Assembly: GCA_964607485.1 (NCBI GenBank)
Contig: CAZSKP010000012.1
Coordinates: forward strand, 57,142 to 121,141
Direction: 5' to 3'
DNA from: an uncultured bacterium
GTDB taxonomy: Bacteria > Abyssobacteria > SURF-5
Length of the DNA: 64,000 nucleotides
Shown: in pieces, positions 20,076 to 30,199 of the stretch
Numbering within the stretch: the stretch's first letter is position 1
Layout of the letters: every line of letters begins with the position of its first letter
Notes under the pieces: generated by a model
Seen by the model: only the letters and a program-made list of their open reading frames with translations
What the model was told of the DNA's origin: nothing
Databases searched by the model: none
Program-made: the position numbers and the translations under genes

Positions 20076-21555
20076 GCATACCATTTCGAGGCTCTTGCCC
20101 GGCAACATCACCCTCTGGGGAATGTGGTCTCTGGGCCTGGTCGCAGCATATTTCATCGCGCTGTCGCTGTGCGACGCCCCTCCGCTGCAAGCGCTCAGCC
20201 TTGTCGGAACCGGTATCGCCCTTGTCGCGATGCGCCGACTGGATCATTTGTTGATCCTCCTGATGATTTCGTCGTTGGTCACCCGGGGTCCCGTCAATAT
20301 CGTAGGCGATGTGACGCCGTTCGACGTGCTCGTGTTGTTGATCGCGCTTCACGTCGTCTTTCGTATCGCCTACAAACGCGCTCATTTCATTCTCTCGACC
20401 GAAGCGAAACTCATGTCGGTTCTTCTGGGTATTGTGTGCTTCTCCGAGCTGCTGGGTTTCCTGTATTTGCCCCGACATCTCTTTCTGGAGGTTTCCGCAA
20501 AACCGTTCATTCAATTGATTGAATTCCAGGTGGTTCTGTTCGCGGTCGTGCTCTGTCTGGACAGCAAAGAGCAGATGGAGAGAATCGTGAGGTGGCAGAT
20601 ATTCTGCGCCGTTGTCTTTGCGGCAGTCGCGATATACGAATCGCATCTGGGAGTGATTTACATCGGCCCGCAAAGCCTCTTCGGCAACACTGAATACGTG
20701 TTGCGGGGCGAGGTCAAGAGCAATCCGAATTCCCTCCTGTTGATAATTCCGGCGATCGCGTTCCTGATTTACGGCAAATGGCCTCGATGGTCACGGCTGG
20801 CGCTCGTCTCTTTCGTTCTCTATCCGTTCATCCCCCAGGGCACACGCACCTTCTACCTGGCGCTGTGCGGGGCGGTGTGCGGAATGATATGGCTCAGAAA
20901 CACGCGCAAACCGATATGGATTATTTTTATAGCTTTGCTCGCGATTTTCGTTAATTCGAGCGTTGTTTTCCCGAAAGTCGAGGAGATATTTCGGGGCGTT
21001 CACGGGTATTTTGTCGCGCCCTATTCGGCCGACGAATCGAGCACGTTCGGTCGCCTGGTCCTGTGGAAAACGGCGCCGAAAATCCTGCTGAAGCACCCGC
21101 TCTGGGGATACGGTGTGAACGGATACGGGATGGAGCTTTACCTCGACCCGTCGGTGTTCATGACCGAGCGCATCACCTTTTCAAGCTGGGCGAGAGGAGC
21201 GATGAATCCCGCAGGCAAGACCCACAACGAATATCTGCAGATACTTCTCGACCACGGTTTGATAGCATTCGCAATTGCCGTGTATCTGCTCTTCCGCACG
21301 TGGCGACGGTGCCGCGCAAAGGCCGGGCTTCAAGGGGACAAAGTCCTGACGGGCATTTACCGCGCGCTGTTCGTGTCGTTCGTGGCGTTCGTGCTGGCGT
21401 TCATGAGCATATCCCTTCTCAGCTATCACGGCAACAATTTTCTCCAGATGTTCTTCTGGTTAAACATCGGGCTGATATATGCGCCGGTAGATGCGTCTCC
21501 GGCTCATGTTTCAGAACCTGAGCGCAAAGCAAACGAGAGAAGGGTCGGCAATTGA
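20062..21555 (+). CDS. wzy: Wzy polymerase / O-antigen ligase family membrane protein
   Basis: Polytopic; STFGRLVLW, HPLWGYG, THNEYLQ; embedded among the GTs. Confidence 0.75.
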   Translation: MSRVEHTISRLLPGNITLWGMWSLGLVAAYFIALSLCDAPPLQALSLVGTGIALVAMRRLDHLLILLMISSLVTRGPVNIVGDVTPFDVLVLLIALHVVFRIAYKRAHFILSTEAKLMSVLLGIVCFSELLGFLYLPRHLFLEVSAKPFIQLIEFQVVLFAVVLCLDSKEQMERIVRWQIFCAVVFAAVAIYESHLGVIYIGPQSLFGNTEYVLRGEVKSNPNSLLLIIPAIAFLIYGKWPRWSRLALVSFVLYPFIPQGTRTFYLALCGAVCGMIWLRNTRKPIWIIFIALLAIFVNSSVVFPKVEEIFRGVHGYFVAPYSADESSTFGRLVLWKTAPKILLKHPLWGYGVNGYGMELYLDPSVFMTERITFSSWARGAMNPAGKTHNEYLQILLDHGLIAFAIAVYLLFRTWRRCRAKAGLQGDKVLTGIYRALFVSFVAFVLAFMSISLLSYHGNNFLQMFFWLNIGLIYAPVDASPAHVSEPERKANERRVGN

Positions 21556-22682
21556 GAGCAAGAACGATTCACAGCATGGGCGAGATGGCGGCTCTGGAAC
21601 CGGCGTGGGAGGAATTCGCTCGGACGACCGGACGCCAAACGCCGTTCACCAACAGTCTCTGGATACGAGAGTGGTTCAGGCATGTCGGCGCCGAAGCCGC
21701 CCCGATGCTCATATCCGTCTGGGACAACGGACAACTTGCAGGTCTCGCGCCGCTGGCCGTGACCCGGCGCTTCCCCGGAACAAGAGTGCTCACGACGGCC
21801 GGAGCGCCGCACGCCGCCCTGTGCGATTTCGCTGCCGCGAGCGGGCGCGAAAGCGAAGTCGCCGAGAAGATCGTCTCCGAGATCGCCCTCAACGGAAACC
21901 GTTGGGATTTGGGCGACATCGCCGACTTCGACCCGCTGTCCCGGCTGCCGCGTGCGCTGTCCGGCCGTGCCGACGATTTTGTTTTCGCGTCGAAGACGAT
22001 TCCCGAAGAACCGTTCTTCAGCCTCGATTTGCGGTCGACCGGAACCGGCGGAAAACCGTCGCGAAAGCACAGATACAATCTCAAGCGCGCACGAAAACGA
22101 TTGGGCGATTTCGCCAGCGTGGAATTCAGGGTCGTGAGCGATGCGGACGCCCTCCGCGCATACATGCCGCAGGTGTTTGATATTCACAGGCGCCGCTGGA
22201 ACGGCTACTACATCGGCTCGCTCATGAACGATGCCGGCGGCAGGGCCTTCCTCAAAGAAATCGCGAAGCTCTATCTTGAAAGGGACTGGCTCTATCTCGC
22301 GCTGCTCACGTTGAACGAGAAGACGGTGGCGTATGCACTCTGCTTCCGGTTCGGCGACACGCTGTACTACTACAATCCGGCGTTCGACCCCCGGTTCGCG
22401 AGCTTCTCCCCCGGCTCGCTGCTGTTGCAAGACATTTTAGAGGACTGCCGCCAGCGGGGCGTCTCGAAAATCGAGATGGGCAAGGGCCGGCTCCAGTACA
22501 AGGAGAGATTGGCGGCTTCTCCGACCGAAGCAGAACGAATCATATTCGCAAAGCGGAGCCCGGGCGCGTCCCTCACGCTGCGCTCGTATCTCGCGTGGCA
22601 TTCAATGAGGCATGCCGCCCGCAGGTCCGAGCTCGTCCGAAAGCTGGCGGGCCGGGTCAAAAGGACACGGGTCGAGGTTTGA
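21552..22682 (+). CDS. GNAT acyltransferase (CelD/BcsL-like)
   Basis: TPF…W..EW, LAGLAPL, SPGSLLL, GKGRLQYK. Confidence 0.8.
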   Translation: MRARTIHSMGEMAALEPAWEEFARTTGRQTPFTNSLWIREWFRHVGAEAAPMLISVWDNGQLAGLAPLAVTRRFPGTRVLTTAGAPHAALCDFAAASGRESEVAEKIVSEIALNGNRWDLGDIADFDPLSRLPRALSGRADDFVFASKTIPEEPFFSLDLRSTGTGGKPSRKHRYNLKRARKRLGDFASVEFRVVSDADALRAYMPQVFDIHRRRWNGYYIGSLMNDAGGRAFLKEIAKLYLERDWLYLALLTLNEKTVAYALCFRFGDTLYYYNPAFDPRFASFSPGSLLLQDILEDCRQRGVSKIEMGKGRLQYKERLAASPTEAERIIFAKRSPGASLTLRSYLAWHSMRHAARRSELVRKLAGRVKRTRVEV

Positions 22683-22693
22683 CAGGAACGGCC

Positions 22694-23812
22694 ATGAAAA
22701 CCATCGTGACACCCGAACCGGCGCCAACTCTCGGCGACCTGTTCGGGGGGAAGAATCGCGTCGGCACTCTCTTGAGACCCGACGTAACGCTGACCTGCAC
22801 GGGCAGGTGCGCATACATGCTCGGGCTGCGGATGCTCCGGCTGTCAGGAACTGCGAAAGTTCTTCTGCCCGCGCTGTGCTGCACGGCGCTTGTGTCGGCG
22901 ACGAGGGCCGCGGGCGCAGTTCCGATTTTCTACGACATCAAAGACGACCTGCGTCCCGACCTGGATGGGCTTGAGAAAAGGGCGACAGAAGCTGAGGCGC
23001 TTGTCGTCATTCACTACCTCGGGTTCCCGCAGCCGCTTGAGGAGATACTGGAATTCTGCAAACGAACCGGCATTCGATTGATAGAAGACTGCGCCCATTC
23101 ACTTTACTCACGGGTCGATGGAAAGCTCCTCGGCTCGTTCGGAGTGTTTTCATTCTTCAGCGCGAGCAAGATTCTGCCGGTCCCAAACGGCGGCGCGGCC
23201 GTGTGGAATAACGGTCTCTGCTCGCCGCCATTCTCTTTGCCGCGTTCGCGCACGTTCGAACTGCTCTCAGCATCGAAATGCCTGCTGAGGTGCGCCGAGA
23301 ATCTATTACGGCTTTCTCCGCGCGCGTGGCTGCTCAGCTCGGACAATCTGCGCCGTGCCATCGCCGGGAAAGATGCAACGGCCAGACCCGCCTCTTTCGC
23401 ATCCGCAAGATTATCCGAGAAGGCGCTCTTGAACGCCGACCCGGACGCAATCGTCACGAGGCGAAGAGAAAACTACACCTTCCTGTTGAGCGAAACCCGC
23501 GGCCTGCTCGACGGGTCCCTGCCGGGGCCGCTTGCAGATGGCGTCAGCCCGATGGGTTTCCCCTTGCTGGTGCGAGACCGCCGTTCGTTCATGCGGCGGA
23601 TGCTTCGCGAAAAAATAGTCGTGAGGCCGCTGTGGTCGGAGCTTCCCGACGGGGTCGATGCGAGGAGTCACCCGACCGCCGCCAGGGTCGGCCGGCATCT
23701 CGTGTATGTTCCCGTTCATCAAGCTCTGCGGCGCGCGCAGGTCGAGCGCATCGGCGCCGCTCTCAAAAAATCACTGCGCGAGGACGCCTGTGAAAAGATT
23801 TTTGATAGTTAA
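22694..23812 (+). CDS. DegT/DnrJ/EryC1/StrS-like PLP-dependent aminotransferase
   Basis: IHYLG, IEDCAH, FSASK (PLP Lys), PVPNGG, VPVHQ. Confidence 0.8.
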   Translation: MKTIVTPEPAPTLGDLFGGKNRVGTLLRPDVTLTCTGRCAYMLGLRMLRLSGTAKVLLPALCCTALVSATRAAGAVPIFYDIKDDLRPDLDGLEKRATEAEALVVIHYLGFPQPLEEILEFCKRTGIRLIEDCAHSLYSRVDGKLLGSFGVFSFFSASKILPVPNGGAAVWNNGLCSPPFSLPRSRTFELLSASKCLLRCAENLLRLSPRAWLLSSDNLRRAIAGKDATARPASFASARLSEKALLNADPDAIVTRRRENYTFLLSETRGLLDGSLPGPLADGVSPMGFPLLVRDRRSFMRRMLREKIVVRPLWSELPDGVDARSHPTAARVGRHLVYVPVHQALRRAQVERIGAALKKSLREDACEKIFDS

Positions 23813-24689
23813 CGCCGACGAGTTCGGACTCACCGAGGGAGTGAACGAAGCGATTGTGGACTGCCATCGAAACGGAATTGTCACCAGCACAACGTTGATG
23901 GCGAACGCGTGGGCCTTTGAAGAGGCCGTGTCGCGGGCCGCAGAGAATGCCGGCCTCGGCGTGGGAATACACGTCAATCTGACCTTCGGCTCTCCCGTTG
24001 CGCCGGCGGGCGGCGTTCGGTCGCTGATGGGCCGCGACGGGCGGCTCCTCCCGCGGCCCCTTCTCCTGCGGCGGTGGATTTCGAGCGGCCTCAGGATGGA
24101 AGAGGTCGAGACGGAACTGAGGGCGCAGGTGGAAAAGGTGCTGGCCGCTGGACTAAAGCCGAGCCACCTCGACAGTCATCAGAACACGATGATGATTCCG
24201 GGCGTGCTCAAGCTCTTTCTGAAGGTGGCGGGCGAATTCGGAATACCCATACGGCTGCCCTACGAGCCGCCCAATTTCGACGGGATTTCGAGCGTTCTAA
24301 AAAATTTCGCCACGTGGCGTCACGCCAAGAAGAGGCTCACGAGCCGTCTGTGCGACCTCGGCCGCTCTTCGCTGCGTGAGTGCGGCGTGAGAACGATCGA
24401 TCGGATTTACAGTCTGCCGAGTTGTTTCATGCCTCCCGCTCTTGGCATGTGTGGGCGGTACGAGGCGCTCATATCGCGCATCGGGCCGGGCGTGTCTGAG
24501 CTGTTGACGCACCCCGGTTGGTCGGACCACCGGCTCGAAGAATTCCTCGGGGGGTCGAAGACGCGAGCAGAGGACAGAGAGAGGGAGCGCGCGGCACTGG
24601 TAAGCGAGCGGCTGAAAGAAGCCGTCCGAAGACACGACATTCATCTCATCAACTACAGGGAGCTCGCGGGATGTCCGGCAAAAGGCTGA
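23790..24689 (+). CDS. ChbG/YdjC (HpnK-like) carbohydrate deacetylase
   Basis: LIVNADEFG, TSTTLMAN, GIHVNL, HLDSHQ, ELLTHPG; GTG start. Confidence 0.85.
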   Translation: MKRFLIVNADEFGLTEGVNEAIVDCHRNGIVTSTTLMANAWAFEEAVSRAAENAGLGVGIHVNLTFGSPVAPAGGVRSLMGRDGRLLPRPLLLRRWISSGLRMEEVETELRAQVEKVLAAGLKPSHLDSHQNTMMIPGVLKLFLKVAGEFGIPIRLPYEPPNFDGISSVLKNFATWRHAKKRLTSRLCDLGRSSLRECGVRTIDRIYSLPSCFMPPALGMCGRYEALISRIGPGVSELLTHPGWSDHRLEEFLGGSKTRAEDRERERAALVSERLKEAVRRHDIHLINYRELAGCPAKG

Positions 24690-25822
24690 GAATCCTTCAT
24701 CTGACAAACAGCTCCACGATGGGCGGTGTCGAGGCGCACCTGCTTTCGCTGCTCAGCCGGCTCGACCGAAACGAGTTCGACCCGGTCTTCGGATTCCTTG
24801 ACGATTCGGCCCATCTGCCCGACTCGCTCGCTCCCCGGTTTGCGGAAAACCGCGTCCCGGCTATCGGCCTGAAGGCAACCTCGCGCCTGGACGTGCGCGC
24901 CTTCGCGCGACTCGCCTCGCTGATGAGGGCGGGCGGGTTCGACATCGTCCACGTTCATCTCTTGCTGTCGGAACTGTGGGGAATCCCGCTTGCACGCCTG
25001 AGCCGCGTGCCGGCGGCAATCGTGTCGGTGCACAACAGGAGCCGCCGATATGCGAGGTTCCCGACCAGTCTTCTGGCCGGCCTCAACTTCAGGCTGGCCG
25101 ACAGGGTGATTGCGATTTCGAATTCCGTGGCCCGGCACCTGAGCGACCACACAAGGGTACCTCAACACAAACTGCGCGTGATCCATTATGGGTTCGATGT
25201 TCCGCCGCCTGTCAGCGCGGGCGCCGACGGCCTGCATTCGGAGCTTTGTCTCCCGCCCGACACGAAGCTCATCGGTGTGGTTGCCAGGCTGGTTCCGGAA
25301 AAAGGGCACGTCCACCTCTTCGACGCGATGCCCGACGTTTTCAGGACGAACAGGAACTCTCACCTGCTCGTCATAGGCAGCGACGACGCGGGGCTCGCAG
25401 GCGGGTTCAAGGCGCAGGCACAGAGGCTTGGGATAGGCGACAGGGTCACGTTCCTCGGATACCGTTCCGACGTTGCCGCGATTCTCCCGCAACTGGCCCT
25501 TTTCGTGCTGCCGTCGCTCACCGAAGGATTCGGGCTGGCGATACTGGAGGCAATGGCCGCGGGTTTGCCGGTCGTATCGACGAGCGCCGGCGCGATACCC
25601 GAGATTGTGGAGGACGGCGTGACGGGTTCGCTGGTGCCTCCGGCTCAGCCCCGGCCGCTGGCCGAGGCGATCAATCTCGCGCTCGCCCGCAGCGACCGGT
25701 CGCGAGAGATGGGTCTGGCCGGACGCAGCCGCGCGACGGAGCGATTCAGCCTCACGAAAATGGTGTCGGCGACGGAGGACCTCTACCGCGAAGTGTCGCG
25801 AGAAAAGGGGCTGGTCCGATGA
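24671..25822 (+). CDS. Glycosyltransferase family 4
   Basis: MGGVE, VARLVPEKG, EGFGLAILEAMAAG. Confidence 0.9.
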   Translation: MSGKRLRILHLTNSSTMGGVEAHLLSLLSRLDRNEFDPVFGFLDDSAHLPDSLAPRFAENRVPAIGLKATSRLDVRAFARLASLMRAGGFDIVHVHLLLSELWGIPLARLSRVPAAIVSVHNRSRRYARFPTSLLAGLNFRLADRVIAISNSVARHLSDHTRVPQHKLRVIHYGFDVPPPVSAGADGLHSELCLPPDTKLIGVVARLVPEKGHVHLFDAMPDVFRTNRNSHLLVIGSDDAGLAGGFKAQAQRLGIGDRVTFLGYRSDVAAILPQLALFVLPSLTEGFGLAILEAMAAGLPVVSTSAGAIPEIVEDGVTGSLVPPAQPRPLAEAINLALARSDRSREMGLAGRSRATERFSLTKMVSATEDLYREVSREKGLVR

Positions 25823-26961
25823 AGCGCTACAAGATACTCCGAATCATCACCAACTCGGAGGCCGAGCCGGGAGGAGCCGCCAATCACGTGTATCAGCTTT
25901 CGAGCCGGCTCAACTCGGTCTTCGAGACGATGGTCGTGTGCGGGACGGGCAGGCGCCTCGTCAAGAGGCTCAAGAAGGCGCGCGTGCCGGTCCTGACCCT
26001 GCCGCTCATGAAAAGGTCCCCGTCTCCCCTGCTGGACATCGCCTGTGTGTGCGAGCTGCGCCGAATAATCAAGGAGGGAAAGTTCGACATCGTGGCAGCG
26101 CACAGCACCAAGGCGGGCCTCATCGGGAGGGTGGCCGCGGCGCTGGCGGGCGCTCCGCTGGTCGTATTCACCGCCCACGGGTTCTCGTTCAACGAGCCGT
26201 CCGGGATGGTGAAGCACCGTCTCATGCTGTGGCAGGAACGACTCGGGGCTCGTCTGGGCGACCACATCGTAGCCGTCTCGGAGTATGACCGTCGCGCGGC
26301 TCTCGCCGAAAAGGTTTGCGGGGAGGACGGGATAACCACCATCCACAACGGAATCGACCTGGCGAAGTTCGACCTCGAGAACGGCTCGACAAAGCAAAAG
26401 CTCGGCTTTAGCACAGCCGACCGCGTGGTCGGAACCATCGCGAATTTCTATCCGAACAAGGGACTTGGCTTCTTCATCGACGCCTTCGAGGTCGTTTCGC
26501 GCGAGCTGAAAGACGCGCATGCCGTCATCATCGGGGACGGGCCGACCATGCCGGCGGTCCGCGCGCGGGCGAAGGCGAAAGGGCTCGCGGGAAAGGTTCG
26601 ATTCCTCGGGTACAGGGACGACGCCGCCCGCTTCCTGCACGCATTCGATGTGTTCGCGCTTTCATCGGTGAAGGAGGGATTCCCGTGGGCATTGCTCGAA
26701 GCGATGGCCGTCGCGAGGCCCATAGCCGCGACCTCCGTCGGAGGGGTGTCGGAAATGGTCGGCGAGACGGCGCTGCTCGTCCCACCCCGCGAGCCGGCCT
26801 CGCTCGGCTCGGCGATACTCGGGCTGTTGAGCGGGCGAGAACGGGCTTTCAGCCTGGGGGCGGCGGCAAGAGAGAGGGTGGCCGGCAATTTTACGATTGA
26901 ACGAATGATACAGAAAACGGAGAAGCTGTACCTGAACCTGCTCGAAAGGAAGGACAGATGA
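25819..26961 (+). CDS. Glycosyltransferase family 4
   Basis: HSTKAG, FTAHG, EGFPWALLEAMA; ATGA overlap. Confidence 0.9.
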   Translation: MKRYKILRIITNSEAEPGGAANHVYQLSSRLNSVFETMVVCGTGRRLVKRLKKARVPVLTLPLMKRSPSPLLDIACVCELRRIIKEGKFDIVAAHSTKAGLIGRVAAALAGAPLVVFTAHGFSFNEPSGMVKHRLMLWQERLGARLGDHIVAVSEYDRRAALAEKVCGEDGITTIHNGIDLAKFDLENGSTKQKLGFSTADRVVGTIANFYPNKGLGFFIDAFEVVSRELKDAHAVIIGDGPTMPAVRARAKAKGLAGKVRFLGYRDDAARFLHAFDVFALSSVKEGFPWALLEAMAVARPIAATSVGGVSEMVGETALLVPPREPASLGSAILGLLSGRERAFSLGAAARERVAGNFTIERMIQKTEKLYLNLLERKDR

Positions 26962-28433
26962 GAATACTCCTGATAGACCCCCCCTTCCAGAGATTCATGC
27001 ATTTCAAGTGCGACTGGTTTCCGCTGGGGCTGGGCTACCTCGCGGCGGTGCTCGCGCGGCATGGACACGAAGTGAAGGTGTACAACGCCGAGTTTCACGA
27101 CCGCCAGCGCTATCTGCGCTCGTCCGAGCTGATCGATTCGTTCGACCTGTATCTCGACGCGCTCAAAAAAGGCGAACACGAGGTCTGGACCGAGATAGGG
27201 CACACCATCGGATACTTCGCGCCAGACGTCGTGGGAATAACGGCCGCAAGCGTGAAGTTCGCCTCGGCTGCGGCGATTGCGGCAATATCCAAGACGCTCT
27301 TTCCCGAGACTCCCGTGATCCTCGGCGGGGCGCACGCCACCAACTGCGCGCGAGAGGTTCTCTCGAAAGAACACGTGGACATCGTGGTTCACGGCGAGGG
27401 CGAGGAAACAGTAGTCGAACTCATCGAGGCATTGGGCGGACATCGGGACCTCCGCGACGTGGCGGGAATTTCATTCAGGAACGGGGACGGCTCCATCGTG
27501 CACAACCGCAACCGCGGGCTCATAGACGACCTCGACGCGCTGCCGTTCCCCGCCCGCGAGCACCTATTGGATGGAGAAAAACTCGAATCCGAGAGCATGG
27601 GCAACATGATAACCAGCCGCGGATGCCCGTTTTCGTGCGCCTATTGCGCCGCGCACACGATCTGGACGCGCAAGGTGCGGTATCGCTCCGTCGAAAACAT
27701 CGTGGAGGAAATCAAGCTGATACGGAAGAAATTCGGGACGCTTCAATTCACGTTCTGGGACGACTGTTTTACGCTGAAAAAAAGCAGGGTGTTGCATCTC
27801 TGTGAAATGCTCCGTGGCGAGGGGTTGGATATCGGCTGGGGATGCAACACCCGCTTTGATTTGCTCGACGAGGAACTCATCAGGGAGATGAAAGACGCCG
27901 GCTGCAACAACATCGAGGTGGGGGTGGAAAGCGGCAGCCCGAGGATACTCGAGAAGGTCAAAAAGGGCGAATCGGTCGAAAAGATGCAGCATGTGGCCTC
28001 GCTGCTCAACCGCAACCGGCTGTACTGGTCGGCGTTCTTTATGATCGGATTCCCGGACGAGGACACGAGCGACATCGCGAAGACGCTCGACCTGATGAAC
28101 GACCTGAAGCCGTGCTGGTGCACGTTCAGCATTTTCACTCCGTATCCCGGCACGGAACTCTACGAGACTTCCGTCAAGAGGGGTCTGTTTCCGAGCGATT
28201 GCGACTGGAGCGAATTCGGCCATCAGAGCCCCCACAACAGTTTCACGTTCAACATGAGTCGGCGCGAGTTTGCGGAGGTCGCGAAGGTTGTCGCAAAAAA
28301 GTTCGACGGGTACAACCGCAAGCCATCTCTGCTGCTGAAGAAGGCGATGACGCGCACGTCGCTCTATTACAGTTCTCCAAAGACGCTGGTGGGAGACTCG
28401 AAGAAGCTGCTCGACTGGCTGGGCATAGCTTGA
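26958..28433 (+). CDS. Cobalamin-binding radical SAM protein
   Basis: FPLGLGYLAA, GGAHAT, SRGCPFSCAYC, GVESGS, TPYPGT. Confidence 0.9.
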   Translation: MRILLIDPPFQRFMHFKCDWFPLGLGYLAAVLARHGHEVKVYNAEFHDRQRYLRSSELIDSFDLYLDALKKGEHEVWTEIGHTIGYFAPDVVGITAASVKFASAAAIAAISKTLFPETPVILGGAHATNCAREVLSKEHVDIVVHGEGEETVVELIEALGGHRDLRDVAGISFRNGDGSIVHNRNRGLIDDLDALPFPAREHLLDGEKLESESMGNMITSRGCPFSCAYCAAHTIWTRKVRYRSVENIVEEIKLIRKKFGTLQFTFWDDCFTLKKSRVLHLCEMLRGEGLDIGWGCNTRFDLLDEELIREMKDAGCNNIEVGVESGSPRILEKVKKGESVEKMQHVASLLNRNRLYWSAFFMIGFPDEDTSDIAKTLDLMNDLKPCWCTFSIFTPYPGTELYETSVKRGLFPSDCDWSEFGHQSPHNSFTFNMSRREFAEVAKVVAKKFDGYNRKPSLLLKKAMTRTSLYYSSPKTLVGDSKKLLDWLGIA

Positions 28434-28473
28434 GCATGTTCGGCGCGCCCAGGCCCTGCAGCCTGAGACACAC

Positions 28474-29901
28474 ATGCGGATATTGAGCCACACGGTCTCA
28501 AGGCGCAAGCTGCTGCTGGTCTTCGCCGACCAGGTTGTCATCTGGGTGGCGCTCCTTGGGTCGGCGACGCTCAGGCTCGGGAGCGAAGAGGGCGCCCTGT
28601 ACATCCGCACACATCTGTACTCCTTCTTTCTGCTCTCGTTCCTTTACGCCGTCACGTTTTACGTGGCCGACCTGTACAACCCCGGCAAGGACATCCGGAG
28701 CTATCGCACGATTCTCATCGTCGCGCTGGCCTCGTGCACACCCCTTCTCCTCTCGACCGTCTTCTTCTATGCGCACTCCCCCCTGAGGCTCGGAAGAACG
28801 ATTCTCGTCCTCATCGGCGCGTTCGTGTTCGTCGAGACGACCGCGTTTCGGTGGGTGATTTCAAAGGCGGGAAGGAGAGGCCCGCTGAAGACAAAGATCT
28901 TCGTCATGGGGACGGGACAGGCCGGCCAGACCCTGCTCGAAGACATCGAGCGTAACCCATGGAACGGCGTCGAGGCGCTTGGGGCGCTGAACAATCCCAC
29001 CTCGGTCAGCGAGACAGTCGTCTGTGAAAGAAACATCCTCGGCGGGGGGAACGAGGTCGAGGACCTGTCGAGGAGGATGTCGGCCGACGGTGTGGTCATC
29101 GCGTCCACATATGAGAGATTGACCAGCGAGATGAAGCGGACGCTGGTGAAATGCCGGCTCAACGGGATGCGCGTGATCGACAGGTTCACCTTCTACAGCG
29201 AGTTCTTCGGAAAAATTCCCTGCGATTACCTCACTCCGGAGTGGCTGTTGTATCGAACCGAAAGGCTGACGAGTTCGTTTCACCGGCGCGTCAAGCGCCT
29301 CTTCGATGCGGCGGTGGCGGCCGCAGGGCTGGTCGCCACCTCTCCCCTGCTGTCGCTGGTGGCCGTCGCGGTCAGATTCGATTCCCCCGGGCCGATACTT
29401 TACCGCCAGAAGCGCGTTGGAAAAGACGGCCGCGAATTTACTCTGCTGAAGTTTCGCTCGATGTACGAAGACGCCGAAAGAGACGGGCGGGCCGTTTTCT
29501 CGCACAAGAACGACCCGCGCATAACTCGTGTGGGCAAACTCATTCGCAAAACGCGGCTGGATGAGCTGCCTCAGTTGTTGAATGTGCTGAGGGGCGAAAT
29601 GAGTATCATCGGTCCCCGTCCCGAGCGCGCGGCATTTGTCGAAGAATACATGCGCCGTGTGGACGAGGGCGTCGAAGAGGATGACTACCAGGAGAACATT
29701 CCCAATTATTCCCTCCGCCTGCTCGTGAAGCCCGGCATCACGGGATGGGCACAGATTACCTGCGGCTACGCCGATTCGCTGGCCGCCTCCAAGGAAAAGT
29801 TGGAATACGACCTCTTCTATATAGTCAATCAATCCTTCCTGCTCGACCTCGTGATTCTGCTCAAGACAATCAACGTGGTCCTCTTCGGCAAGGGCGTCTG
29901 A
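28474..29901 (+). CDS. Priming polyprenyl-phosphate sugar-1-phosphate transferase (WcaJ/WbaP-like)
   Basis: 4 N-terminal TMs + CoA-binding-like domain; KRLFD, KFRSM, DPRITRVG, DELPQL, GPRPE, KPGITGWAQ. Confidence 0.93.
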   Translation: MRILSHTVSRRKLLLVFADQVVIWVALLGSATLRLGSEEGALYIRTHLYSFFLLSFLYAVTFYVADLYNPGKDIRSYRTILIVALASCTPLLLSTVFFYAHSPLRLGRTILVLIGAFVFVETTAFRWVISKAGRRGPLKTKIFVMGTGQAGQTLLEDIERNPWNGVEALGALNNPTSVSETVVCERNILGGGNEVEDLSRRMSADGVVIASTYERLTSEMKRTLVKCRLNGMRVIDRFTFYSEFFGKIPCDYLTPEWLLYRTERLTSSFHRRVKRLFDAAVAAAGLVATSPLLSLVAVAVRFDSPGPILYRQKRVGKDGREFTLLKFRSMYEDAERDGRAVFSHKNDPRITRVGKLIRKTRLDELPQLLNVLRGEMSIIGPRPERAAFVEEYMRRVDEGVEEDDYQENIPNYSLRLLVKPGITGWAQITCGYADSLAASKEKLEYDLFYIVNQSFLLDLVILLKTINVVLFGKGV

Positions 29902-29990
29902 GCGTCCCGGCCAAGCTGCCAGAAGGAACTTCTGTTATAATCTCTCCGATTCCTACCGGCGTATTGTCGAATTTCTCGTGTGCGATAGGA

Positions 29991-30087
29991 CTGGATTCCC
30001 GCTTTCGCGGGAATGACAAGAGGAGCGGGAATGACAAAACATCAAGAATTCCAAAGATGTCATTCCCCGGCTCGACCGGGGAATCCA
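29991..30087. repeat. Inverted pair of GGATTCCC…GGGAATGAC REP-like palindromes plus a partial copy
   Basis: ctggattcccgctttcgcgggaatgaca (29991-30018), partial gcgggaatgaca, inverted tgtcattccccggctcgaccggggaatcca (30058-30087). Confidence 0.8.
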
Positions 30088-30199
30088 TAATAATTCATTT
30101 GGGCAATGTGCCGTTCCGAAAGGATGGACTGTCAACTTGTCCGAGCAAGGTAACATCGGTTCTTCAATCCGAACCCGAAGCGCAGAGCGTCTCAAGGGC

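Noticed and set aside
28474-29901. PEP-CTERM/exosortase system
   Set aside because: The priming transferase resembles that class, but I saw no exosortase or PEP-CTERM tail in the window.
29991-30087. CRISPR array or IS ends
   Set aside because: Only 2-3 inverted palindromic copies, no regular spacers, no cas or transposase gene.
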